64,000 nucleotides of DNA from Eledone cirrhosa. Its lineage: Eukaryota. Below, piece by piece: positions 1 to 12,629 of this stretch. The translations under genes were made by a program, and so were the position numbers. Numbering within the stretch: the first letter of the stretch is position 1; every line of letters starts with the position of its first letter. The DNA is taken from positions 351,106,001-351,170,000 of the forward strand of contig OZ024740.1 of assembly GCA_964016885.1 (NCBI GenBank). Reading direction: 5' to 3'. The notes under the pieces are model-generated. The model ran no database searches. It was not told the DNA's origin and was given only the letters and a program-made list of their open reading frames with translations.

Positions 1-1377
1 TATATATCATATAGAAATTAATTCTACTGGAACAGAACTGCTTCATTCCTTTGAAACTACCATGAAACGACTTTCATTGTGATTTCAAATGAATGAAACA
101 GTTCTAGTCATGTAGAGGTCAATTCGTTCCATATTACATAAACACGTACCTTATCTACTAATGTATTGAGTACTTTATTTAACTATGGTTCCCGTTCGTT
201 CCTCATCGGAAAACCATTCTTGATTATATATAGTGACGTCACAGATTTAGATGTCGTGTCGTGTTGATGACAGAATTATTCACAGAAATCTCTTCATGGA
301 CCAAATAAGCATTTTGAATAAATATTTTGAACAGAGGTTTCTTTGGTTAGATGCCTTAATCATTCAAGAGAGGTAGGCATTGGTTTGGAGTCACAAATAT
401 ATATATATGTGCATGTGGAGGAAGTAACTGACATTCTTTAGCTCACTCCATTTCGTAACTGTTGTGCTTAGAGACAATGGAACATCTTACTGTGAAATAA
501 ACTCTATATTTATCAATTGTCGTTATTGATATAAGTTACCTAGCAGTTAACATAATTCCTGAGAGATTTACATTTTCTGGAAGTCTTTCAACTAAGAAAC
601 CACAGCCAAATACTCAGAGTATCGAGGCCAAACTCTCTGTGGAACTCTCATATTTGACGAACTTCCTTGTATTATATTTTGTAGCCGACACTATTTCTGA
701 ATCTTTAGATCAGAAGTGATGTTATGATGTTACCCGTAATCCCTCATTAGATAGCCAACACCCATGGACAATTTCTTTCTATGTCTGCCATTTTTTTTTT
801 TTTTTTTTCTTGCCATAGCTTACTTTTAGTTTCACAAGATCTGCTTAAATCATTTCCAGTGATCGTTTGTGTACTTTTCAATCGTATGATTGGAGCTGAG
901 TAAGTTGTTTCTATGGAAACCTTTAGTTACCTATTCCGATTCAAAGCTGAAATAAATCAGGAATGTTCGGCTGAAAACAAGGAAATTCATTGAATGTGAG
1001 CATTCTACAGATGGTTAGTCCGCAATACCCCAGCAACCAATTTGAAAGATTTAGAGCATATATAAATCACACTAGAATAATGTCCATTATTAGGTAGCGT
1101 ACAATAGTGACAATCGATAAATGCAACTGTTGCTGTATAATGAAATGTTATCTTGTTTCCAAACTCAACAATTTAAGGAGACCAAAGTATGGGGGTTTTA
1201 AGTCTATTTGAGCTTTCACATCTAATGACAGCGCAATTTTTTCCGCACATTATCCAATATGTTTAAACACACACACACACACACAAATCCATACATAAAT
1301 ATTAATTAGAGGTTAATTAGTCTCTAATACCCAAGCTAGTTTGTTTATACTCCCAGAATTAGTGTTTTTCTCATTTA

Positions 1378-1431
<54 letters not shown>

Positions 1432-1822
1432 TTAAGTCGTTTGGAAGCCTCGACAATACAGATGGGTAAATCTCCGGGTTACAAGATCCGGTGGTGGAGA
1501 GAGAGATGTAAGTGGGTGGACGTTGAGATGCGTGGCGTGTGTAAGACTGTAACGTGTAGAGAATGAAGCAAAGAGCGTAAAGGATAAAAATGAAAATAAC
1601 AACACGAGAAAGAGTTACCTTGGGAGAGATTTAATTGTCCCTATATATTTCGGATTCACATCCATCAACTGGGGGGGTTTCGGGGGGGGGGAGAGTTGTC
1701 TGTCGGAAAGGTGCGAAACGTGTACTCCACTGTTCGTTGTTTTGAATATCTGAGGTATTCCAAACGACTTAAAGAAATTTACCTTATTATTCCACAATGC
1801 TTCAAGCAAACTTCAATACTCT

Positions 1823-1895
<73 letters not shown>

Positions 1896-2419
1896 CAACA
1901 TTAAACGTGTATTGCATCTAACAACAAACTAAGAGAAAGAATATTTTGCAACATCACCAGAATAAAGGAGTTTTTCGAGAAGCAACCACAATTCTGCATA
2001 AATCTGCAAACCACAGAACGTATTTCAGATAACCAATTTAAATTACAGATTACAAAAACATGAAATTTGTAAACTCCGCAACATATACTGCTACACCGGA
2101 CACCTACGTATGACATTTTATTCCCACGTATTTACAAGAAGGGGCTATTCAACACATTACGATACAGACAAAGAAACTAAACTAAATAAAAATAGAAAAG
2201 GCATTAGTTGATAAAATTAGCATCCTATATAGAATTCCAGAGAAACCAGATGCTTAGCAACAGAAACTTTTTTAATAGCGAAATACAGACCAAAAGTGAA
2301 TATATAGATACGTCACTTTATCAATACACAATTCAATAAATCAACTGTTAACTTTGATGACAGCTTCAGTACAATCTTTATCTTTATATGTTAGTAATGG
2401 TGGACTTCAGAGGTTTAAT

Positions 2420-3135
2420 AGTGTTATGTTGCCTAACTTGATTTCTTGCTCGACTATACCCCATATATGGTAGTCCAATGGATTTGGGTCTGGACTGGAG
2501 AGCTAGGAGGCTGTATGTTTAGCCTGATTCATCATGTGTTATGTGGCCTAACTTGATTTCTTACTCGACTATACCCCATATACGGTAGTCCAATGGATTT
2601 GAGTCTGGACTGGAGAGCTAGGAGGCTGATTCATCATGGAGTTTGTAACTAATCCATTCGTGGGTCATCTTGGCCTCCTGAGACGGCGCAGATTCTTGTT
2701 AGTAGATTACGGTCTTGCTTTACTCACGATCTATATCCAAAGTCTCTCAACCCTTTCAAACACATCCTTATAGTCAATAGCATTAACCCTTAGGCCTCGA
2801 AGAAAGAAATGAGGAGGCATGACACCTCGCTCATTGCTCACGACTCCCAGAACAATCAAGTTGGAACGTCTTTAGGGTCTCTGCATTACTGTCTGTGATT
2901 ACTTCGGTTGACGTTTTGGTCCTGATCAAAGGTTTTCTCACCAGAGAAAAAGCAAAGCATTCCAGGCTCTTGATGTTTCAAGTTGTGTTCAACAAGCGCT
3001 TTGCAGTTATCTTCTGTCTTTACAATTATAAATTGGCCTCCCCGCACCACATATCGAATATCCTAATGCACAATTCTTCCAAGTATACCTTGAAAGCTTG
3101 AACTCTTTAGTAATAGTGTTAATTAACTTTACATA
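2420..3135 (-). pseudogene. Degenerate Tc1/mariner (maT/DD37D-like) transposase fragment with an internal ~110 bp tandem duplication
   Basis: Minus-strand pieces read PPSSP..PNPLDYHIWGIVE (present twice, ~2425-2530 and ~2535-2640) and VLGVVSNE.GVMPPHFF; many frameshifts. Confidence 0.65.
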
Positions 3136-3258
3136 CCTTTCGTACAAATGTGGGTGTTCTGTGGAATTATGACCCTTAGCAGGCGTTTTAAGTTGGCTTC
3201 CACTGTAGAATCCCTGTCAGTGGCATTCTGCGAGATTTGACTACAAACGAGTGTCCAT

Positions 3259-3349
<91 letters not shown>

Positions 3350-3546
3350 TATTTATAAATATATATTATATACATATATATCATCCACTTCGTTAAGTTG
3401 ACAGCGAGAATGTCTAGACGAACTATTGCGTACAGATGTCATTCATTCAAACTAAACAGACACTATTAACTCTAAAACATGAAAGCTCATTAATAAAAGA
3501 CAAAAATTCGAAACACACACACATACTCATACGCACACAGATATAT

Positions 3547-3880
3547 ATATATCACAAAAAGAAAGAGAATCAGTGTTGCGACGAATGGAATTTATTGGAC
3601 ATATTACAATCGTTTCTCTGGCGACCAGCTCGAGGCACGATCGATGTGATGATCGAACCTGACTCTGAAATCGCAAGGTCCTCAGAGTGCTGTTCGATCA
3701 TCACATCGATCGTGCCTCGAGCTGGTCGCCAGAGAAACGATTGTAATATGCCCAATAAATTCCATTCGTCGCAACACTGATTCTCTTTCTTTTTGTGATA
3801 TCATACTCTGCTCTGTGAGAGCATCGAGTACTCAAGCGGCCTACCGCATACGGACGCTCTAAGCATCCAACACCAATTAT
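3547..3880 (+). mobile_element. Short non-autonomous PLE-type element: ~110 bp inverted arms plus 3' tail
   Basis: Arms ~3547-3658 and ~3692-3801 are near-perfect reverse complements; hammerhead-like 3' half GAAACGATTGTA; bulged hairpin 3805-3829; flanked by TA repeats. Confidence 0.6.
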
Positions 3881-4170
3881 ATATCAGATAGGGTGTGGTA
3901 AAAAACCAGTTAGACCATAGCCCACAAGAGTACTCGATACTTGGGGCAGTAGAGTGGGTAATATGAAAAGATTCACAACCCCGGCGGTTGAGCTCCGGCC
4001 GTTTCGACAGTTAGATCCGAACAATTCGGATCTAGCTGTCGAAACATATATATATATATAGAGAGAGAAAATTGAGGTTGGTAATGGCACATGGAATATA
4101 TGAGAGACAGAATACTTTTTTGTGAAAAAACATATAATTTTATAAGGTAAGGAAATAATAAGGGGTATAA

Positions 4171-4218
4171 AAAATGACCGGTTTCGATGGGTCTGCAAAA
4201 GCCATCTTTTCAAATGTT
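4171..4218 (-). ncRNA. Minimal hammerhead ribozyme, U3-A8 core variant
   Basis: AACAT TTGAAAA GATGG..CCATC GAAA CCGG TC ATTTT at the PLE 3' end. Confidence 0.6.
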
Positions 4219-4571
4219 GATTAATATTAAGAAAAATTAATAATAAGAAGAGTTAAAATTTGAGATTTGAAAATTCAAGTATAAAATTCATTGTGGGATT
4301 TCATAGTAGTTTTCATCTTGGTAGCAGCTTGTTGACTGCTTCTGGTAGTGAATGAGAAGTTATTTGGGGGTGTGGGTTATTTTATAAAGGTCAAATTTAG
4401 CAATGGCCAGATGGCCAGCTGCTGGTCAGTGAGGGGATGGAAGCAATATACATACATATATCTTCGTGTGCTCGGTAGGAGAGGGGAGATTGATAGAAAG
4501 GGATTTAGTGCACTTACACCTATATATACACACATACCTTCATCCACACATACATACATATACATATACAT

Positions 4572-4606
<35 letters not shown>

Positions 4607-5183
4607 TATATACATATACACACATACATACACACACACATACATATACATACACACATACACACACACATATATGCACATACACACACACATATATATA
4701 TATATACACACACACACACATATATACATACACATACATCCAGATACATCCAGATACACACATACATACACACACACACACGCACACACAATACATACAT
4801 CCACATGCACACACATACACACACACTCATATACACATACATACACCCACACACAGAGAAATGGCCTCCAAATATATATATATACATACATACACATATA
4901 TTGTTTCCATAATATAAGAAGTTAGGGCAGTGAAATTAAAATACAAGTCATTCTGATCACATTGAGTTCTTCATGTAGATTGGGCCCCGCAACCGACAGT
5001 GGTGAATTCTGTGTGCGCATATATATATATAGATATGTGTGTGCACGTGCAGGGTTTAACATGGATGTGTTGGTCACCCAAAGGCATGGTCTGTCAACGA
5101 ATAAACCTGATTCTACAGAATTGGTCTCTGGTCTTTAATAGTAGTGATTCCGTGCGTATGTGTGTTTATATTTTATGACAATT

Positions 5184-7460
5184 CTATTGGGGTGATAACC
5201 CGTTTAGTTTTGGTTTAAATTTGTTAAGGAATAGATTTTCTTTGTTTATTCTTTGTTGCTGTGTGAACGAATCTGAGCACTTGTAGAAGGGGAAGATTTT
5301 AAAGTTGGGTAGTGTCATTCCTGCGCAGTTCGCAATATGGCTGCTCAAGGGGATTTTTCTTGTGCTAGCGTCCCGGATTTGTTGGCGGTGGATGGTCATT
5401 ATTTTGCGTAATGAGGTGCCCGTCTGTCCTATGTAGTTGTCTTTGCACCCACTGCAAGTTATTGCGTAAATCAAGTTCTCCGAGTTGCAGGTGAAATTGT
5501 TTTTTACTGTAAATGTTTGGCCATCTTTAAATGTAAATTTTTGTCCTTCAGTGAGGTAGAGGCACGTTCCACAGTTTGTTCTACCACATTTGGTAACTGT
5601 AGGGTTGAGGATTGGTTTGGGTATATTTGGTCCAGTGAGAATGCGTTTTAGTGATTTGGGTTGTCTTTTACTTTTAAGGATCTTGTGTGTTTCAAGAATA
5701 GACTTCATTTTTACATCTTTAAGTAGGATGGGGAGGTTTTTGTGTAGGTGATCAAACATTTCGGTATTTCTGGGGTTGAAAGTGGATACATATGGCAGGG
5801 TGTTGAGTGTGGTTTTCTGTTTTGGATTGTTAAGTTGATGGGGATTTAGGTGTTTTGCCCTGTCTATTCCATTGTTGATTATTTCAAGTGGAAAGGCTCT
5901 TAAGATAAGGGTCTCTTTTAGTTCCTTTAGTCTTTGCTCCCGTTTAGGTGGATCTGATACTATGGTACATATACGTTTGGCCAAATTGTAAGGAATGTTA
6001 AGTTTTGTATGTTTTGGGTGACTTGATGTGAAAAAGAGGTATTGCTTGGAATCTGTGGGTTTATAGAATATATCTGTATCTAATTTCCCGTCTATTACAG
6101 AGATGAGAATATCCAAGAAGGCTAATTCCTTGGGATTGGATTCCATTGTGAATTGTATGTTATTATCTATGTTGTTTATCATGTTTTTAAACATAGTAAG
6201 TGAGTTCATGTCTTCTTGCCATAGGATAAAGCAGTCGTCTAGATATCTTTTCCAATTGGCTTTGAGGTGTGTGTGGAAAGAGTCTCCAAATAAGAGAAGG
6301 GACTGACTGTATATTTGTTGTTCATGGAATCCCATGACTAGGTTGGCATATGTGGGTGCTACTTTCGTGCCCATTGCCGTACCTGATACTTGTCTGTATG
6401 TTGAACCATTGAATGTGAAGTAGTTATTTTGTAGGATAAAGCGGAGTCCGTCAGTGATAAAATCTTTGTTGATGCGTGTCGGTATTTCTGATGGGTGTGT
6501 GTTAAGCCAGTATTGGACTGCTGTTATTCCATAGTTGTGGGGTATGTTTGTGTAGAGGTTTATTACGTCAAAGGAGACAAGAATTGTATTTGCACTTACT
6601 GTTTTAGGGAGGTGTTTCAGCATGTCAAGGTCATCTCGTATGTAGCTCTGTATATGTTGTAGAAAGGGTTTCAGTAGGATGTCCAGAAAGTTGCTAAGTC
6701 TGTGGGTTTCACATGTAGGGCCTGCTATAATTGGCCTGAGTTTTAGGTCTTCTGGTGGTGTTAGTTCAATGTAATTGTTGGTTGAGGTGTCACATGCATC
6801 GTTTATGGGTTTACATTTGTGGAGTTTCGGTAAGCCGTAAAAAGAGTTTGTATTGCATTTGAAGTGGCTTATATAGTTAAACTCTTTTGTGGTTAAGCTG
6901 TTGCGGTATTTATTCAGTAAGGTCAAAAGGTTCCCCATTGTTTTGGTGTGTTTGTAGTTTTCTGTTTTTTCATAGTATGTGTTGTTTTCTAAAATGTTAA
7001 GTGCGAGGGTCCTATAGTAGTCCGTATTCATAATGAAAACAGTACTGCCTTTATCGGCTTCTTTGATAGTTATCTCAGGGTTGTTTCTAAGTGTGAATAC
7101 TTCTTCCCATTCGTGTGTAGATAGGTTTGATTTCGTGTGTTTATTTGTAATTTTTTCATAGGGAAAGTTGGTGATATGTTCGCAGTACGTGTCCAGTGCT
7201 TTATTTCTTCCCTTTTGTGGGCAGAAATTGCTTTTATTTCTAACCAGTGATTCGTCTTCAGTGTTAGTGTCGTTGTGGAAGAATTCCGTTAGTCGCAGCT
7301 TTCGGCAGTATTCCATGATGTCATCCTTCATTTCGGGGAAGTTTGGTTTACGTGGTGTAGGTGTAAATTTCAGGTCCTTACTTAAAATGTTGATTTGTGT
7401 GTTGGTTAGAGGTGTCTTTGAGAGGTTGATTATTTTTGGTTTCTCCTGAGGGGGGGCCAT
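5184..7460 (-). CDS. PLE polyprotein: reverse transcriptase + linker Cys motif + GIY-YIG endonuclease (758 aa, uninterrupted)
   Basis: IINLS, L(G/D)LKFTPTP, ADKG, FYGLPKLHK, RPIIAG, SFDVINLYTNIP, GTAMG, RYLDD, YKPTD..QYL.F.S.HP, CGRTNCGTC, LIYAITC..C...YIGQT. Confidence 0.95.
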   Translation of the reverse strand: MAPPQEKPKIINLSKTPLTNTQINILSKDLKFTPTPRKPNFPEMKDDIMEYCRKLRLTEFFHNDTNTEDESLVRNKSNFCPQKGRNKALDTYCEHITNFPYEKITNKHTKSNLSTHEWEEVFTLRNNPEITIKEADKGSTVFIMNTDYYRTLALNILENNTYYEKTENYKHTKTMGNLLTLLNKYRNSLTTKEFNYISHFKCNTNSFYGLPKLHKCKPINDACDTSTNNYIELTPPEDLKLRPIIAGPTCETHRLSNFLDILLKPFLQHIQSYIRDDLDMLKHLPKTVSANTILVSFDVINLYTNIPHNYGITAVQYWLNTHPSEIPTRINKDFITDGLRFILQNNYFTFNGSTYRQVSGTAMGTKVAPTYANLVMGFHEQQIYSQSLLLFGDSFHTHLKANWKRYLDDCFILWQEDMNSLTMFKNMINNIDNNIQFTMESNPKELAFLDILISVIDGKLDTDIFYKPTDSKQYLFFTSSHPKHTKLNIPYNLAKRICTIVSDPPKREQRLKELKETLILRAFPLEIINNGIDRAKHLNPHQLNNPKQKTTLNTLPYVSTFNPRNTEMFDHLHKNLPILLKDVKMKSILETHKILKSKRQPKSLKRILTGPNIPKPILNPTVTKCGRTNCGTCLYLTEGQKFTFKDGQTFTVKNNFTCNSENLIYAITCSGCKDNYIGQTGTSLRKIMTIHRQQIRDASTRKIPLSSHIANCAGMTLPNFKIFPFYKCSDSFTQQQRINKENLFLNKFKPKLNGLSPQ

Positions 7461-8182
7461 CGAGTATCCTGGTATTTCAGGCTTTTCCCTAAAAAAGGAA
7501 TGTAGTTTTGTGTGTGATTAAATTTTGTTGGTCTGTTGCGTGTGGGTCTGTAGCTTGTTGTTTCATGAGGATGAGTGTGATGGTGGGGGTGGTATGTGTT
7601 GTAGCTGTTGATGAGCAAGGGTTCTGTTGTTGGTTCATGTGGTCTGGGTGCGTTATTTCTGTGGTACAGAGTGTTGAGGTTGGGGGGTTGTCTTTTGTTG
7701 GATTGAGGGTGATGTCTGGTGTGGTTGTGGGTAAGTTCTGTTGTGATTTCAAGTGGTCTGGGTGGATTTCTTCTGAGGAATGTGGTGTGTGTGTTGTGAG
7801 TTGGATCTATGTTATTTCGTCGTTGGTTTATGTAGGGGGCATTTCTACGGAAACCTGTGTTGTGGTGGCTGGGTGTGTTTCTTTTGGTGTAGTTGGCCGT
7901 ATTTGGTTTGTGTTGGTGGGGGATGTGCCTGTGGTTAGTGTGTGTTGGGTTTGGTGGTGTAAATGTGTCTGTTGTAGTTCTTGTTATGTTCAAATGCTTT
8001 ATAAAGGGGTTACCTGTTTGGTGCGTCCTTTTAAAGTCTTCTTCATATTTGAGGAACCAGTTTTCGGATTTTTCCCACCGTTTAAGGGAAATAATTTCTG
8101 CATTCTCGCAGTCCTGTTTCCACGATTTGATTAAATTTTGTAGGGTTGTTCCCTCGGCCTTTTTAGTGCATTCTTCCTCCAT
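7430..8182 (-). CDS. PLE ORF1 (5'-truncated): helical domain followed by an H/N/T/P-rich disordered tail
   Basis: Shares EG..WK.DC...E..SL.RWE.S..WFL.YE..F...NPFIK with ORF 44113..45378; overlaps the RT ORF in the -1 frame. Confidence 0.8.
   Translation of the reverse strand: MEEECTKKAEGTTLQNLIKSWKQDCENAEIISLKRWEKSENWFLKYEEDFKRTHQTGNPFIKHLNITRTTTDTFTPPNPTHTNHRHIPHQHKPNTANYTKRNTPSHHNTGFRRNAPYINQRRNNIDPTHNTHTTFLRRNPPRPLEITTELTHNHTRHHPQSNKRQPPNLNTLYHRNNAPRPHEPTTEPLLINSYNTYHPHHHTHPHETTSYRPTRNRPTKFNHTQNYIPFLGKSLKYQDTRWPPLRRNQK
7490..7496 (-). promoter_or_regulatory. Candidate -1 ribosomal frameshift slippery heptamer U_UUU_UUA
   Basis: ORF1 codons CCT TTT TTA GGG AAA; the -1 frame is open straight into MAPPQEK of the RT ORF. 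Confidence 0.7.
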
Positions 8183-8346
8183 ATTTTTATCAGTATCCTT
8201 ATACTCTTGCTCGTTGGAGGTGGCCCTTAATTTTAGGAATTATATTTCCATGTTTATCCTGCATTACTGGTACTTTATTTCCATGTTTATCCTGCATTAC
8301 TGGTACTTTATTCTATCGACCTTCGTTTTGTGTAGTAAATTACACT

Positions 8347-8431
<85 letters not shown>

Positions 8432-8434
<3 letters not shown>

Positions 8435-9229
8435 AGACACAAAGCAAGCTTTATTTGCAAACGGCTAGCGAATTTAAAAATTAGGTAGTAACATATGCTT
8501 ATGCCGTATTTAACTAAATAGCATTAGTGTGTTAGTTGTGATTTTAAAAAACCCATTACACCAACACGCTACCCATGTGCCCTTCCATTCAATTAGAAGC
8601 TATCTAACCACAGCAGGTTAATTTTATTTAGTAAAATACGGCATACGTACATGTTACTACCTAATTTTCAAATTCGCAACCGTTTGTAAACAAAGCCTGC
8701 TTTGTGTTCTCCCTATTTACATAGATATATATACCTGCTATGGTTATATAGCTTCCAGTTAAATGGAAGGAAACCAGGGTGGAGTGTTGGTGTAATGGCA
8801 TCACATTGGTCCGAAAAACCAAAGATGTGGGTTTGTGTCCCATTTAAGACAATACTCATCCGTTTTTCCAGTTAGAGGTTTTTTTTAAATCCCAACTAAC
8901 AGATAAATTATATTTAGTTAAATACGGCATAAGCACATGTTAGTACCTAATTTTCAAATTCGCTAGTCATTTGTAAACAAAGCTAGCTCTGTGTCTTCCT
9001 ATTTATATATATATATACCTGCTGTGGTTATATAGATTCTAATTGAAAGGAAGGAAGCATGGGGTGTTGGTATGGTGGTAACACATTGATCCAGCAAACG
9101 AAAAGTGTGGGTTCGTGTCCCATGTACGTCAAGCCTCATCCTTATTTCCACTCAGAGGGTTTCTTAAAATCCCAACTAACATATTAATTCTATTTAGTCA
9201 AATACGGCATAAGCTCATGTTACTACCTA

Positions 9230-9230
<1 letters not shown>
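8432..9230 (+). repeat. Tandem ~285 bp unit (about 2.1 copies) with a tRNA-like Pol III head, preceded by an inverted partial copy
   Basis: Units ~8625-8909 and ~8910-9190, partial third to 9230; A-box-like TGGTGTAATGG and B-box-like GGTTCGTGTCC; 8432-8617 is reverse complementary to unit sequence. Confidence 0.7.
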
Positions 9231-9292
<62 letters not shown>

Positions 9293-9334
9293 ATAATAAA
9301 TTTGAAGACTAAAATACAAAGAGGGCTCGGAAGA

Positions 9335-9845
9335 ATGCTCATTACAGGGTAAATGTAATTCCAAATCTATTGTGTATGAGGCTAAATATAATTGTTTCTA
9401 CTTTTGGCACAAGGCCAGCAATTACCCAATGCATTACTGGTACTTTATTCTATCGACCCCGGAAGGATGAAAGGCAAAGTTAACCTCACCAGCCAGCAGT
9501 GAACGACATGCTGGCATGACTCAAGACAGATTTAAAACCAGGTACTATGCACATGTCGCTTCTTTCAAACACCCTGAAAAAAGAACAGCAGCGGCGCTGG
9601 CATATAAGGTGTGGGAGTTTAAAGACAAAAACATTCCGTACACTATTGATTGGTCTATTTTAGACCATTCAAGAGAATACCAAAGGGGAACAAAGAAATG
9701 TTCTTTGTGTACTACGGAAAAATTTAGAATTCTCCAAAACTTGAAAACCCCTTCCATTTGTCTCAACTCTAAGATCGAGATCTTTAGATGTTGTCCGCAC
9801 CTTTTTAACTGGATTAACACACCAATGATTACTCAACCACCTTGA
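9335..9845 (+). pseudogene. Naiad-like PLE endonuclease fragment interrupted by a SINE piece
   Basis: CSLQGKC...IVYEA, FKTRYYAH..SF, WSIL, CSLCTTEK, LNSK.E....CPH; minus-strand SINE fragment ~9390-9490. Confidence 0.8.
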
Positions 9846-10287
9846 TCACACCTTCCACTCACTACCAATATCATCACCTTATGAACACATACTTTCTACC
9901 AATATATACTTTTTCTCCCTCATCTTTTTCTATATATATATATTCTTTTCTTTTCATTTGACTTATAAGCCCCCCCCCCCTATTTTCTACTATACCTTTA
10001 ACACATAAACACCCACCACCTTCATCCTTTACCCAGATCATTTTTTAACTATATACCTTTATCCAGATCTCATCACAAACACTCACTCTCTACTACAACT
10101 TTTACACCGTTACCTGTTCTTATAAATTGTTTTTATTAATTGATCTGTTTTACTCCCCATTGTCCTTACTTAACCACTAAACCACTAGGTGTTTAAGTGT
10201 ACTCACATAAGGTTGTATGTGGGCGCATATGCAGACAGGCTTATGTGTACATACTTATATACGTGTTTTTATTATTTTATTGTATGT

Positions 10288-10399
<112 letters not shown>

Positions 10400-10712
10400 G
10401 TGTGTGTGTGTATAAATGTGTGTGTATATATATATATGTATATTTATATATATGTGTATGTATATATATGTGTGTATATATATGTATGTGTACGCGTATT
10501 TATAAGCATAGGGATATTTATTTTGTCGGTTATTCAACAAAAATATATAATTTTAACTGATTCGAAGCACTCGACTGGTCTTCTATTTTTTTCATTTTTT
10601 GGTACCCACCTTTTAATACTCCCACCTGCGATCGTGTGTTTATTTATAGTTTGTCTGCTTATATGTTTATGCACACACACGCGCGCGTGCGCGCGCGTGT
10701 CTATGTGTGTAT

Positions 10713-10752
<40 letters not shown>

Positions 10753-10775
10753 TTTTATGTATACATGTGTGTGTG

Positions 10776-10808
<33 letters not shown>

Positions 10809-11054
10809 ATATGTGTTTTTGTATATATATGTGTGTATTTACGTATGTATGTTTGGATTTACGTATATGTTTATATGGTTGCGTGTGTTGATTTTTTATT
10901 GCGTGCGTGAGTGCGCACGCGTATGTATACGTATGTACGTGGGTTATGTACCTTTGAGATTCATCTATCTAATTTATTGTAGGTTTTTTGTATGTGTATG
11001 TATGTGGATGTGCGTATATGTATGTATGTGTATATATATATGTGTGTGTGTATA

Positions 11055-11095
<41 letters not shown>

Positions 11096-11189
11096 TCATT
11101 TAAATATATATATGTATGTATATTTATTTTTTATATATATATACATATATGTGTGTGTGTGTTTGTATGTGTGTATAGGTATATATACA

Positions 11190-11234
<45 letters not shown>

Positions 11235-11283
11235 TGCAGGATGTCCAAAGTCAAAGGATATATACATAGGTATATATAGATGA

Positions 11284-11314
<31 letters not shown>

Positions 11315-11883
11315 CATATGGATATATACATATGGATATACATATGGATATATACATAGGTATATATACATGTATATGTATGTATATATATATATATATA
11401 TATATATCCTGCAGGATGTCCCTGTCAAAGGGCAAAGGAGCTCGTAAGAGTCAATGGCCATCCAAAATCACCGGGAGAGATGACCCCTTAGCCTTTGTCA
11501 CGGCAGAATTCTAGGAGAAGGAAAACTCTGATATAACACCTGCAACCCTGATGGTATCCAATGAAGTTGACTTGTTCTTCTTTTTGGTAAATATCATCTT
11601 GGTTAAGAGAGTGGGACTGGCTTTGTGCAGTGCCTTTGCTCACTATAAAAGCTTCACGGCACAGGTATTGCTTTATATCTGGAGATCTATCTGCACTTGT
11701 CGTCACATGGTACCATGGGCCTAGCACTATGTGTCAATAATTATCACAGGTGTAGTGTTTGTACCAGAGTTTTCAAGTCGCTGGCTGGACTAAAAAGTCA
11801 CACTCGTTTAGCACATCGGTAGGGGTGCTCCTACATGGATATAAAGTAGTGGTCGTACTCGAAAACGAGTTGGCAGCCAGCCA

Positions 11884-12218
<335 letters not shown>

Positions 12219-12629
12219 ACTAGAAATTGATTAACATATAAATAAACATGAATAATCACAGGTATCTATTTTTGAAGTTCTGGTTAACCTTATTTAGTTA
12301 CCTACATAGCTATGTGTGTTTACACACTTGTAAACATTATCTCCTGTGATTATTCATGTTTATTCATATGTTAATCAATTTCTAGTTATTGTAAAATGCT
12401 CGGACCTATTCGTTAGAATCTTAGAGCTTATTTTGCGGGTGATATGGCGCATGTCTTTCTGGCATGACACCCATAATTTTGATTTTGATTTAGATTAAAT
12501 TAATTTTAATTTCTCTTAATTTTGGATATAGATATATATATGTATTGCGTATGCTTGTGTATGTACGTATTTGCATGCGTGTATGCATTTATTTAATTTC
12601 TATTACCTCTGTATTGTATTTTATTTACT

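Larger units (their letters stand above)
4075..8240 (-). mobile_element. Neptune-like Penelope retroelement, 5'-truncated, two ORFs
   Basis: ORF1 fragment, intact RT-GIY-YIG ORF, microsatellite-rich 3' UTR and hammerhead at 4171-4218. Confidence 0.9.

Noticed and set aside
8783-8848. Possible tRNA gene
   Set aside because: Acceptor and anticodon stems do not pair consistently between the two copies; treated as a tRNA-derived repeat head
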